Source: Lama glama (taxonomy: Eukaryota). From it: a stretch of 64,000 bases of DNA. Under the pieces are notes generated by a model that was given only the letters and a program-made list of their open reading frames with translations, did no database searches and was not told the origin of the DNA. Below are positions 1-12,195 of this stretch, in pieces. The position numbers and the translations under genes are program-made. Each line of letters starts with the position of its first letter. Positions within the stretch are counted from its first letter, which is position 1. The DNA lies in NCBI GenBank assembly GCA_028534125.1, contig CM052816.1, positions 62,312,001 to 62,376,000 on the forward strand, given 5' to 3'.

Positions 1-22
1 GGCTGGCTAGTTAAAAACAACT

Positions 23-521
23 NNNNNNNNNNNNNNNNNNNNNNNNNNNNNNNNNNNNNNNNNNNNNNNNNNNNNNNNNNNNNNNNNNNNNNNNNNNNNN
101 NNNNNNNNNNNNNNNNNNNNNNNNNNNNNNNNNNNNNNNNNNNNNNNNNNNNNNNNNNNNNNNNNNNNNNNNNNNNNNNNNNNNNNNNNNNNNNNNNNNN
201 NNNNNNNNNNNNNNNNNNNNNNNNNNNNNNNNNNNNNNNNNNNNNNNNNNNNNNNNNNNNNNNNNNNNNNNNNNNNNNNNNNNNNNNNNNNNNNNNNNNN
301 NNNNNNNNNNNNNNNNNNNNNNNNNNNNNNNNNNNNNNNNNNNNNNNNNNNNNNNNNNNNNNNNNNNNNNNNNNNNNNNNNNNNNNNNNNNNNNNNNNNN
401 NNNNNNNNNNNNNNNNNNNNNNNNNNNNNNNNNNNNNNNNNNNNNNNNNNNNNNNNNNNNNNNNNNNNNNNNNNNNNNNNNNNNNNNNNNNNNNNNNNNN
501 NNNNNNNNNNNNNNNNNNNNN
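23..521. other. assembly gap (N run)
   Basis: Contiguous Ns. Confidence 0.99.
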
Positions 522-649
522 NTATTGTAAATGCTGATATATTTGGCCTTATTTCTTTACTTATTTTTTTTCAAGAAGTGACAGTAGGGCAGTGGTTAAG
601 AGCAAGACTCCAGAGCTAATCTCCACCCTTCCACCACTGGAAGAGTTTG

Positions 650-1080
650 TTTATTTTTTCTTGAAGTATAGTTGATTTACAAAGTTGTGTTAGTTCTGGT
701 GTATAGCACAGTGATTCAGAATGAATCCTTTATCATTGTAAGTTATTAAAAGATATTGAATATAGCTCCCTGTGCTATACAGTAGGACCTCGTTGTTTAT
801 CTATTTTATATACAGTAATTTGCATCTGCTACTAAACTCCTAATTCATCCCTCCCTCCCTGTTTCCCCTTTGGTAAGCAAAAGTTTGTTTTCTATGTCTG
901 TGAGTCTGTTTCTGTTTTGTAAAGAAGTTCATTTGTATCATTTTTTAGAATCTATATATAAGTAATATTGTAAATTTGTCTTTCTCTGTTTGACTTCACT
1001 TAGTATGATAATCTCTAGGTCCATCCATGTTGCTGCAAATGGCATTATTTCATTCCTTTTATGGCTGAGCAGTATTCCAC

Positions 1081-1120
<40 letters not shown>

Positions 1121-1270
1121 CCAATCTTCTTTATCTATTTCTCTGTAGATGAAAATCCATTCAAATATCGATGGACGTTTAGGTTGCTTTCATGTCTTGG
1201 CTATTATAAACAGTGCTGCTATAAACAATGGGGTGCATGTATCTTTTCGAATTATATAGTTTTCTCCAGA
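650..1270 (-). mobile_element. L1 3' end (ORF2 C-terminus and 3'UTR), antisense
   Basis: 'ttgaagtatagttgatttac...', 'ctaggtccatccatgttgctgcaaatggcattatttcattc' and 'ggggtgcatgtatcttttcgaatt' are reverse-complement L1 3' sequence. Confidence 0.92.
1082..1117. repeat. (GT)18 microsatellite inside L1
   Basis: Perfect dinucleotide run. Confidence 0.98.
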
Positions 1271-1545
1271 TAAAGAAAGACGGACACTATATAATGATAA
1301 AAGGATCAATACAAAAAGAGGAAATTATAGTTGTTAACATACATGCGCCCAATATAGGAGTGCCTAAACACATAAAACAAATACTAACAGACATAAAGGG
1401 AGAAATTGATGGGGACACAATAATAGTAGGAGACTTTAACACCCTACTAACATCGCTGAACAGATCTTCCAGAAAGCAAATCAATAAGGTAATAGGGATC
1501 CTAAATGACACAACAAAATTGTTAGACTTAACTGGTATTTCTAGA
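1271..1545 (+). mobile_element. L1 ORF2 endonuclease fragment, inverted relative to the adjacent L1 3' end
   Basis: Translates to GHYIMIKGSI...NIHAPN...IIVGDFNTLL, which are APE-like endonuclease motifs. Confidence 0.92.
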
Positions 1546-1920
1546 GCCAATCTTGCTGGACTTTGCCACTATTGCCTGTATTACGTTACGCAAGATATTT
1601 AACTCCCTGGGGTCTCACTTTTCCTCATGTATAAGGTGGAGATACTAAAAGTACCTGGTTCACAAAGTTGAAAAGATTAAAAGAGTTAATATATACAACG
1701 CATTCATAAAAATTGCTATCTAAGTGTTTGCTGCTATTATATCCTATTCCTTTTTTCCTATTATTCTTAACTTTGAACAAAAACAGTTGAAGTTTAATAT
1801 CTATATTCTCCCCCTTCTGAACAAGCTTTAGAATGCATTTACTCCCCACTCAGAACAAAAAATGGCTCATATTGTATTGAAAATATCTGAATTTTATTTC
1901 TAAAATGTTAATTGCTTAAA

Positions 1921-4600
1921 GTTACTAAATAGCCAGTGAGTCACGAATGAAATCAAAGATGAAATTTAAAAAATACTTGGAGACAAATGAAAAAAAATAC
2001 AGAATGGTCCACAATCTATGGGACACAGCAAATCAGTTCTAAGAGGGAAGTTTATAGGAATGCAAACCTACCCCAGGAAAGAGAAAATGTTAAAAAACTG
2101 ACCTAACCTTATGCCTAAAGGGTCTAGAAAATGAACAAACAAAACATAAAGTTAAAAAAAAAGGAGAGAAATAATAAAGATTAGAATAGAAATAAATGAC
2201 ATAGAGACTGAACAAACAATAGGAAAGATCAATGAAACTAAGAGCTGGTTCTTTGAAAAGATAACAATAACTGATAAACGTCTAGCCAGACTCATGGCCA
2301 AAAAGAAACAGTAAGACCCAAATAAAATCAGAAATGAAAAGGAAGAAGTTACAATCAACACTACAGAAACACAAAGGTTCATAAGAGATTACTATGACAA
2401 AATTACATGCCAATAAAATGGACAACCTAGAAGAAATAGATAAATTCCTAGAAATGTACAATTTATAAAACTGAATCAGTAAAAAATACAAAATATGAAC
2501 AGATTCATTATCAGTAACGAAGTTTAATCAGCAAAACAAACAAAAAGCTCCCTCAAAACAAAAGTGCAGGGCCAGATGGCTTTACAGCTGAGTTCTACCT
2601 AACATTTAAGGAAGAGTTAATGCCTGTCCTTCTCAAATTATTCCAAAAAAACTGAAGAGGAAGGAACACTTATGAACTCATCATTCTGGTATAAAAACCA
2701 GACAAACATTTCACAAAAAAAGGAAATTACAGGCCAACATCACTGATGAACACAGATGCAAAAGTCCTCAATAAAATATTAGCAACCCAAATTCAACAGT
2801 ACATTAAGAGGATCATACACCATGACCGAGTGGGATTCATCCCAGGGATGCAAGGATAGTTTAATATTCACAAATCAATCAGTGTGATACACCACATTAA
2901 CAAATTGAAGAATAAAAAAAATGACAATCTCAAGAGATGCAGAAAACCATTTTGACACAATTCAGCTAACATCACAGTCAACAATGAAAATGTGAAAGCA
3001 TTTCCTCTAATATCAGGAAGAAGACAAGGATGCCCACTGCCTCTACTTTTACTCAACATAGTGTCAGAAGTTCTAGCCACAGCAATCAGGTAAGAAAAAG
3101 GAATAAAAGGAATCCAAATTGGACATGAAGAATTAAAACTGTCACTGTTTGCAGATGACATGATACTATACACAGAAAATCCTAAATATGTCATCAGAAA
3201 CTATTAGAACAAATAAATGAATTTAGTAAAGTTACAGGATACAAAATTAATATACAGAAATCTGGTGCATTTTTATACACTAACAATAACCTATCAGAAA
3301 AAGAAATTAATAAAACAATCCTATTTACAGCTGCATATACCTAGGAATAAATCTAACTAAGGAAGCAAAAGATCTGTACCCAGAAAACTGTAAGATACTG
3401 ATGAAAGAAACTGACACAAACAAAGGAAGGATATATCACGTTCATGGGTTGGAAGAATTAATATTGTTAAAATGACCATAGTGCCCAAGGAAATCTACAG
3501 GCTGAAGTCAATTCTCTATCATAATACCAATGGCATTTTTTACAGAACTAGAACAAATAATTCTAAAATTTGTATCAGATTTTAAAAGACCCTGAATAGC
3601 CAAAGGAATCTTGAGAAGAAGAAAGCTGGAGACATCATACTTTCTGATTTCAAACTACACTACAAAGCTACAGTAATCAAAACAGTATGATACTGGCACA
3701 AAAATAAGACACACAGATCAATGAAACAGAAAAGAGAGCCCAGAAGTAAACTCTCACTTATATGGTCAATTAATCCATGACAAGAAGCAAGAATATATAA
3801 TGGGAAAAATACAGCTTCTTTCAATAAGTGGTGTTGGAAAAACTGACAGCTGTATGCAAAAATAATTAAACTGGACTACTTTCTCACATCATATACAAAA
3901 ATAAACTCAAAATGGATTAAAGACGTGCATGTAAAATCTGAAACTATAAAACTCCAAGAGAAAAGTAAAGGCAGTATGCTCTTTTACAGTCTTACCATTA
4001 TATACATTTTTTGGATGTATCTCTTCAGACAAGGAAAACGAAAGCAAAAATAAACAATGGGACCTCATCAAACTAAAAAGGTTTTGCACAGTGATGGAAA
4101 CTGTCAAGAAAACAGAAAGGCAGCCTACCAAATGGGAAAAGATATTTGCAAACAATGTATCGGATAAGTGGTTAATATCCAAAATATACAAAGAACTCAT
4201 ACAACTCAACATCAAAAATTTAAAACAGCAACTCAATTAAAAATGGGAAGAGGGCCTGAATAGACATTTTTCCAAAGAAGACATAAAGATGGACAACACA
4301 TACATGAAAAGACACTGAACATCACTAATCACCCATGAAATGCAAATCAAAACTCTATGAGATATCACCTCACGCCTGTCAGAATGGCTATTATCAAAAG
4401 GACAGCAAATAACAAGTGTTGGTGAGGATGTGGAGTAACAGAATCCTTGTGCACTACTGGCAGGACTGTAATTTGGTGCAGACACTATGAAAACCTGTAT
4501 GAAGGTGACTCAAAAATTAAAAATAGAGCTATAACCTAGCAATTCCAATTTTGGGTATTTTCCCAAAGGAAACAAAAACACTAATTGAAAAAGATACATG
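1921..4600 (+). mobile_element. Decayed L1 ORF2 (RT and C-terminal region) lacking the 3'UTR
   Basis: Contains 'aattacaggccaacatcactgatgaac' (NYRP.SL), 'agacaaggatgcccactg' (RQGCPL) and LFADDMILY near 3145-3170, with many stops and frameshifts. Confidence 0.95.
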
Positions 4601-4722
4601 TGGAATCAAAGAACAGATGTCTAAATATTAACACTGATTTTCAAATGCAGATTAACCAAGTCTCATTAAAATGAGACTGTGTCAGAAATGCCAGATAAGT
4701 TGCAAATCTTAAGACAACTTAC

Positions 4723-4805
4723 GTAAATACCGACTGCCTGAAGTACTTGGAGTGCTATGTTTAAGTTCTGAGGTTGTTCTATGCTAGATGGGAAAGGTGT
4801 AATGG
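4723..4805 (-). other. NCOA1: Candidate internal 5'UTR exon (83 nt), tentatively NCOA1
   Basis: Minus strand has a long pyrimidine tract 'cttccttcatttctccttctctaccgtttgcag|ccattac' and donor 'tac|gtaagt' in non-repeat sequence. The gene name rests on recalled exon sizes and spacing, not on a search. Confidence 0.55.
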
Positions 4806-5106
4806 CTGCAAACGGTAGAGAAGGAGAAATGAAGGAAGCATGTAAGGCATTTGCTATCCTTTGACTCACTGTAATTCTTTAAAGAAAGATTTAGGGATAT
4901 TTTGGATTACTTTACCCAGTTAATGGTCACTCACTGTTTTAGGAAACTGGGAAATGTATATCTTCTTTCTACATATAGGTCATATGGTCTTTCTTTTTTC
5001 TTTTATCCTCATTAGTTTATATTAACCTCCCTTTCCAAAATATCTTTACCACTATGTTCGCTAGACTCTCTGTATTTTCCTTTCATTAAAAAAATAAACA
5101 TTTTAA

Positions 5107-5208
5107 TATGTATGTTCATGTATAACTGAAAAATTGTGCTCTACACTGGAATTTGACACAACATTGTAAAATGCCTATAACTCAATAAAAAAAGTTTAAA
5201 AAATAAAT
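5107..5208 (+). mobile_element. Short young L1 3' end with TSD
   Basis: Same 3' terminus as the copies at 45.5 and 59 kb. TSD 'aaataaacattttaa' at 5092-5106 and 5209-5223. Confidence 0.9.
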
Positions 5209-5596
5209 AAATAAACATTTTAAATTTCTATTGTTTTTTATACTTCAACAGTATTTTTATCTTACCTTAAAAATTAGAACCTAAACTTTTCCAACATTCA
5301 TGATTTTCTCTACTGAACCTGCCTTCCCACTGTGATATTATCAGTAAAATATTCTTTCAAATATTATTTTTAGATTCTCAAACTGAATAATAAGCATGTT
5401 ACTATTTTGTGAATAAACAAAATAACCTCACAGAAAACAGATGATGATTCTTATTTAATTGGCCTCAATAAATGTATCTGAGGATTTAGCTTAGCTCTTT
5501 TCAAATCCAATAACTGTAAGTTACTTTATTAAAAACTATGGAAATATAGTATGGCTACTTCTCCATACCCAATTATATTAGATTTCTTTATACCCA

Positions 5597-7485
5597 ATTA
5601 TCTACTTCCAGTCCCTATAAGGGGATAAAATTTGCCTACCCCATCAACATCAAGCTTAGCGACATAACTTGTTTTGGCCAAAGAAATATGAATGGAAGTG
5701 ATGAAAACCTTGTCTGAACAGATTTTTAAAGTCACTGCAAGGGTTTGCCATGGACTTTTATCTGGTCTTAATAATGTCATGTCCCAGATAGTGTCTGCTC
5801 CATCCTTCTAGTACTCAGGATTAAGAAGTCACTAAAGTAGAGCAAAGCAAACATGTAATATGAAAAAGAAATAAATATCTGTTGCTTGTAAGCCACTGGG
5901 ATTTAGTGGTGGTTTGTTATTTCACTAACATGGTGACTAATACCAAAATTGGAATCAGGGGTAGAGATATTTCTGTAATACAGAGTGGTGAAACTTAGTG
6001 AGGAAAACCGTTATTAGGGGCTGGGCAAATGACAACCCATGTTATGCAGTGGTGATGCAGGTAAAACTGTCACTTGTGGTAAACTGGAAGGCATATGTTG
6101 AGCAAAGTAAGCTTACAGAAAATAACACCTTTGTTGCTAATGGCTCCATTTAACATGCTACAAGAAAGGTGACTCAGAAAGAATTGATCTGGTTTCAAAC
6201 ATCAATGGAAGGACAAGAGAATCCAGAAATTCTATGACTCAGCAGGTTGAAAGATACAATTGTTTCTCATGCCCATCCAGTGAAAGATAAAGTTAACAAA
6301 CGCTCTAAGAAACAAAGGCTGGCCTAAGGTCAAAATTAAACCAAGTACGTAGCTGTCAGGTCCCTATAGACCTGTTACGTCTCAATAAATTAAAAGTGGC
6401 ACCCAACAATGCTTTCTAGATTAAATATGGCCCTAATAAATCCTTTTACAAAGTGGATCAGAGAAATCAGACTGTGTTTTCTCACGAAAGTCTGGTAAGA
6501 CTAAGGTGTTAGCAATTAAGTCTAAAGAGAGTTAGGTATGTCTTGAAAATAACTGTGGGTATGACATTTAGACAAGTGAGATAAAATGCTACATTTCAGA
6601 CAGTCATACTGCCAAGACTGCATCTAGCATGAACTAAGAGAGACTAGAACTTTTGGAATTAAAATGATGTTTGGGCCCCAATATTCTTGGGAAAGAAGCA
6701 GGCTGACAGAAGTCACTCAGCCTTTAAAAGACATATATTTGTAAATACCTTCCTCTGATATGGCCAAGGGGGATACTGGGAAAGGATGGACCACCCAAAA
6801 ATCAGAGTCAAAAACCATGGAGACAATGAAATATGGAGCTAATGCTAGAGAACGAATTGTAACTAAATAAAAAATTATCTCCTACCCCAGTGTAGTAATG
6901 CTTTGCCACATATGTCCAGTGTGGTTTCAAAACTGCAACTGACCACTGATTCTTGCATGCTTCCCATTTTTCCCTTTCTGAATTGGAGCTATTGAGATTA
7001 TCCTGTCTCCATTCCAGAAATGTACACTGTTATGTGTGGGGCAGATAACTTGCCACTTTACTTTCTAGCTCAGTGAATCAAGAAGGGCAAGATCCAGACC
7101 TGATATAAAATCTATTATATTAAAAAAAACTGCTATAAAATCCTATATTTGAGTCTGGGGTAGGACTTATGAGTGCCCACGGGTGTGGGTAAATATTTTG
7201 CAGTGTAACAGGGAAAAACAAATATTATTGACAGGGAGGGTCACAAATACAGTAGGCTGTTGTGGTAAGTTGTATTATAGCTCTCAACTATTTGTTCCTA
7301 CTCTCTGCAAAAAGATAAAATCATATTTTGCTGTTTCAATAACTTCAGGGTTGGTCATCTGACGTTCTGGCCAATGGAATGTAAGTGGAAGTAGTATGTG
7401 TCACTGCTGAGCAGAAGCTTTATGACTCAGCACTTGGTTCTTCCATAGCTCTTTTTTCTCTGCCATGAAAATTGCATTTCCCAGA
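5597..7485 (+). mobile_element. MaLR element (MLT1I/J-like): LTR ~5597-5943, internal region, partial second LTR ~7258-7485
   Basis: Both LTRs share 'ggcca(a)..gaa..tg..tggaagt' and 'cagaagcttt/cagattttt'. The first ends '...aataaatatctgttgcttgtaagccactgggattt...gactaatac'. A purine tract precedes the second LTR. Confidence 0.7.
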
Positions 7486-8852
7486 ACAACCTGATCAAAA
7501 CCAATTAAAGTATCAAGAAAAAGGTAATTTGAAAAATATAATACACTTTTTTTATGTGGCATACAAGGTAAACAGCAAATAACTGACTAGAATTTGGTTA
7601 AAAGTAGTTCTAATTTCCAACTGATTTGGATATTCAAAAAGTAATCATACTCACTGTTGAATATGAAGCCATATGTCTGAACATTAAACTAAAGGAAGAA
7701 ATGGCCAGAAAGTCCTTAAACAGAAATATTTCTTAAATGTATTTTTCAGATCTAACTGTTCTTTCTTTAATAAATTATGGAATAAAAAATAAACGTTAAC
7801 CATCTGCAATTTCACAAAATAAAATTTAAAAAATCACCTCTTTAGTTATTTGGCTAATTTTCAGAACTAAATACAAAATCATTGAGAGTAAATATAATAA
7901 GACTCAGTAATCTAACTCAAACCTGAAATTTTGATTGTTGCAGGTCAAATTCTTTGAGACTAAGGTTCATAATACCTACTAGGATTCAACAATTATCTGA
8001 GACTTGCAGTTATAATTGTATTCATAACATACTAAACGTATTTAAATAAACTGGGTTTGTTTTTGTTGTTGCTGTTGTGCAGTAGGGAGGGATAGGAGAA
8101 ACAGTACACTCCAAAATTACATTGTTTTTTTCCAGTCACCACTGAATCTTTATTGTATTACAATGCACATACAACACCCTGAAAGGATTGTTTTGTAAGA
8201 AACACATGAACAAACAGAAAGACCCTAAGCAACCTGGAATTTAGCTTTCTGGAACTCTCAGGGTTTGGTAGTGTCTCTGAGAATGAAGCAGTAGCTCCTG
8301 GGCATCCAATAGTAATTTTCGTAAAAATACTGGCAATGCTTGAAAATGAGAAACAAGGTGTATGGGGTATAGAAGTTGGTAAAAGTTGGTTTAAAATATT
8401 GTTTATATATTTTAATTTTGGTTTTATGTGTAAAATTTACCATGAATAAAAGTAAATTAATAGTTCTTACTGTAATTCTGTTTCTGTCCCTTTATTCTTG
8501 AGTGATTTGGGCTATACCTATTTAATAATGTCTTATTTCATTATTAGCCAGAGGCTTTATTAAAATCACCCTAGAAGAGTCAAGTTTTAAAACCTGAATC
8601 CCTGCATTTGATAGAGCTACTATTATAATGTAAAATCATACTTTGATTGGTTGTTACTGCCTATAAAAGGCTGAACCTTTCTGCAACTACTAAGAACTTA
8701 CAGCATCTCTTCCCTCTGTATGCAAGGGTGGGGAGCATAGGAATTAATGAGAGAATTCAGTGTTTGTGCCACATTCAGTAGTATTTAAATGTTCAAGATC
8801 TAGCCCCTAAAGGGTTACTCTACAGATATCTGAACAATGTATTTCCTTGTAT

Positions 8853-9015
8853 CAGTGGTTCCTCAAATATGACTACTCGTGAAAATTCACTTTGGTGCTT
8901 GAGAGAAATGATGCTCAAGTTCCAAAACAGATCTACTATATCAAAACATTCTGGGCTAAGGTTGGGAAAATATACTGTCAAAAGATGATCTTAATATACA
9001 CCTCTGGTTAAGAAT
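8853..9015. mobile_element. MER5-type hAT MITE
   Basis: Termini 'cagtggttcctcaaa...ggttaagaatc' and MER5-like internal motifs. Confidence 0.55.
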
Positions 9016-10439
9016 CTTCAGGCATGGAGGCTAGTTTTAGATACTTAAATTAAGTAATTTTTATAATATAATAGGATGCCAAACCATAAACAAAAACACT
9101 TGGCATTTTAAAACATTTTCTATAATTAAATAATAAGGATTAAAGAACGACAACTAGACGGATGCTTAATTCATGTGTTTGTGTGTTTGTATGTGTGTAT
9201 GCATGTGATAGTAACCCAGTACCTACTGAGGTCATTGCTGTTTAGGCAAAGGATAATGACAGTTTTGAAAAATCGTGACCCTGAGTTACCAGGAAAAATT
9301 AATTTATGCTAGTGCATATGCAGGTATTACATATTCTATTTTTGGAACGATGATCCTCAATAAAAAAATTTCACTGTTTAAAGGGGTGAGGCTTAGTTAT
9401 AAGAAAATATTCTTCTATATAATAAAACTTCCGACATGGCCTAAATAAATATTTCATTACTATAAACTGATATAGTTATTTTTACAGATTTTTAATTTTC
9501 TTTTCATTTCAAGTAATCAAGTTGGTAAAGTTTCTTCCAAAGACCCTTAGAAACCAAATAAGAAACTCAACTCTGAAGTCAAGTCTATTTTCCTGTGCTA
9601 TGGGCCAAAACTAGAGATTTTTCTTTGTTTTTTGTTTGTTTTTCATTACTCTTGAACGGTTTTAAGAAACTCTCTTAAGAAATAGAAACTCTAGCCAAAC
9701 TTGGAGGGATTTAAGAAAATCAGAAATAAAATTCAACACAGTCAAATATAAAACTCCTAGTCTATAGAGAGAACAGACTGGACACATAAAGCTTGGTATT
9801 TTCTATAATGCACTGAAAAACACAAGAAGTAAAAATAACAAGGCCTTTTGTGAGAAATTTCCCAGAATATTTCTTTATGAAACAAAACCAAAAACAACTA
9901 CGCAGTGAAACCAAACCATCTTAACCCACGTACAAAATAGTAAAATAATAACATATACGTGCCTGGACCATCTGATGAAAGTAATAAGCACAATAACTTA
10001 AAATTCATTATTTTATTTTTAATTGTTTCAGTCTTGAACTATTATTTCTAAATAGTTGTGTTGACTGAAATGCACTTCTAATGTATTTATTTTATATAAA
10101 TATTACTATCTTTATAACATCTGGCTTATCTTTGTATAAGTTTACAAGATACAGTTAGAAAAGTTAGCTGTTTCTTACTGAAAAACCGAACAAGTGGTAT
10201 GTGAGAATTCCACAAATAGTGGATAGACCTTTCCCATACATAATCAAACCTCTACTTCAAAAGAAGTACAGAAAATGCTATCTCTTGTGGCTATCTTGGG
10301 GGAGGGTGACAGCAGCTCCAACTATACATTTCCCCAGAGCCTGGGACAGGAGAGCACTGGCTGCAAAAACACAGATGAAGTAGCTTGTTTAACTCATTGA
10401 TTCTTACTTCTTTTCCTTGCTCTTTTTTTTTTTTAAACA

Positions 10440-10590
10440 TCAGTATGTCCTGAGATTCTCATGAAAGCAAGCTATGACTCTTCTGCTCAGAAAAACTGAC
10501 ACTTCCTATGTATGCTGTTTTGCATAAAGTTTCAGGGGATTCACAGACATCTTAAAAACCTTGACAAATGACTGAATTAAAAACTTCTCA
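10440..10590. mobile_element. hAT-type MITE fragment
   Basis: 'tttgcataaagtttcaggggattcacagac' resembles an ancient hAT MITE; family not resolved. Confidence 0.45.
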
Positions 10591-11336
10591 TTTATCACCT
10601 GGATAGAATTTTAGTCGTAAGTCAACAAAATTTGTAGCATCCAACTACCTAAGGCTACTAATGTTAAATCTTTAAGAATATATATACCATTGGCAGCCAT
10701 ACTCAACCACACCATATTTTGAACTAAACCTGTTTTCTACCCCTTGTCATCTATTTTTTCATTAAGCAACAAAAATTCAAGGGAAATGATATGGGATGAA
10801 TATCAGGAGGCTAATCCTGACATGTCAGTAGCCCTGTCTGAGAAACTGTACTTTATGTAAAACTAAGTGCTCTCCAGATCTTCTCTGTAAGATGTTTACT
10901 GTCCACTTTCAAGTCCCTGTAACTGTAGTCTGATACAGCCTATGGTCACATTAGGAGACAAGGTTTTCGAATCTAAAGATATTACAAATGTACCAATATT
11001 CATGTTTCTGAAAATACTCATATTTTTGCTATTGGCAGAATAAAGCAATGGAAGCAAGGTAATAGATGTGACTATAAATGGCTAATCCACAGCCCTCATA
11101 CCATTTCTATATAACTTCTTTTCATCAAGCAGTAATCATGAATATTATGTTTAAACATGATATTCCTATTACTCAGGACAGTGCTTGGCACATAGAAGAT
11201 ACTCAGTAAATATGACTAAATTTGGAGAATACTAAGTTTAGTAAAGGAGAAAAAAACATACTTCCCATACTGGTAGGGCTCTAGAGAAACAATTCAGATG
11301 AACATAAGGAAGACTACTAAAATTAACCTAAATGTC

Positions 11337-11880
11337 TGTATTTGGATGCATTAGCTGGGGTTCTCTAGGATGCAGAGCCTAAGGCAAAAGTTTCTATGCC
11401 ACTATTTTATTAGGGAGTGCAGGGGTGAGAACAAAAAATGAGTCAGAGAGGGAAAAAAGAAGAGCAAATATGTGGAGATGAACTTCTGAGTGGGCCTTTA
11501 ATTGGTACCAAGTACAGTCTTTGGAAAGGCTCTATGAACTATTATGCCCAACTGCTTGTAGTATCAGCTATAGTCTGTTGAAGAATAAAGGGAGAAGAAT
11601 TTATCTGCCGCTGCCCATCTCCTATTGGTCCAACATTTGCCCGAGAGAGCATTAACACCTCCTCACTCCCAGGTTACACACACATGAGAACCAAGAGGTT
11701 CTCACTGCATCTCATGCTTCAGTTACATTAAAGAAGCCCAAAGAGGCAATTACTATTGATCTGCTTGCTAGAGTGGTTGCTGGGCAGAGCCCAAGCTGAA
11801 CTGTTCTCTGAGGTGGTATCTGGTCCAGAACAAGTGACCAAAGACCTAGAGACAAAAGTGAGGCTAATAGGATTTCTGGA
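11337..11880 (-). mobile_element. Old ERVL-type LTR (LTR16/LTR33-like)
   Basis: 'gttctctaggatgcagagcctaaggcaaaag...ttttattagggag' is typical of reverse ERVL LTR ends. Confidence 0.5.
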
Positions 11881-11894
11881 GACACAAATAATCA

Positions 11895-12195
11895 TATTTT
11901 AGTATATTCATACAATGAAACACTATTCAGCAATAAAAAATGAATTACTTATATACCAAACATCATACCTCGAAAACATAATGCTTAATGAAAGAAGCCT
12001 TACATAAAAGAGTACATAGCATGTAATTCTATTTCTGTAAGATTCTAGAACAAGTGAGGTTAACCCATAGGTAAAAACAATCAGAATAGTGGTTGCTTAT
12101 GGGGAATGGGACAGAATTTGGCTGGAAAGGGAAATAAGGAATGAACATCTAAGATTTGTACATTTCATTGTATGTAAAATTCATATCAAAAGAAA
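11895..12195 (+). mobile_element. L1ME/L1MC-type 3'UTR fragment
   Basis: 'atattcatacaatgaaacactattcagcaataaaaa', 'tcagaatagtggttgcttatgggg'. Confidence 0.75.

Larger units (their letters stand above)
580..1740 (+). mobile_element. MIR SINE split by an L1 insertion (MIR parts ~580-622 and ~1541-1740)
   Basis: The head 'acagtagggcagtggttaagagc' resumes after the insertion as '...gatatttaactccctggggtctcacttttcctcatgtataaggtggagatact...'. Both match the MIR consensus pattern. Confidence 0.7.

Noticed and set aside
4788..4841. 54-nt plus-strand exon (DGKGVMAANGREGEMKEA)
   Set aside because: The splice sites are weak. The purine richness is explained as the complement of the minus-strand pyrimidine tract.
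4666..4876. Longer 154-nt coding exon on minus (4876-4723)
   Set aside because: The acceptor is a weaker aag, and the added part is just the pyrimidine tract of the stronger acceptor at 4806. I do not recognise the peptide.
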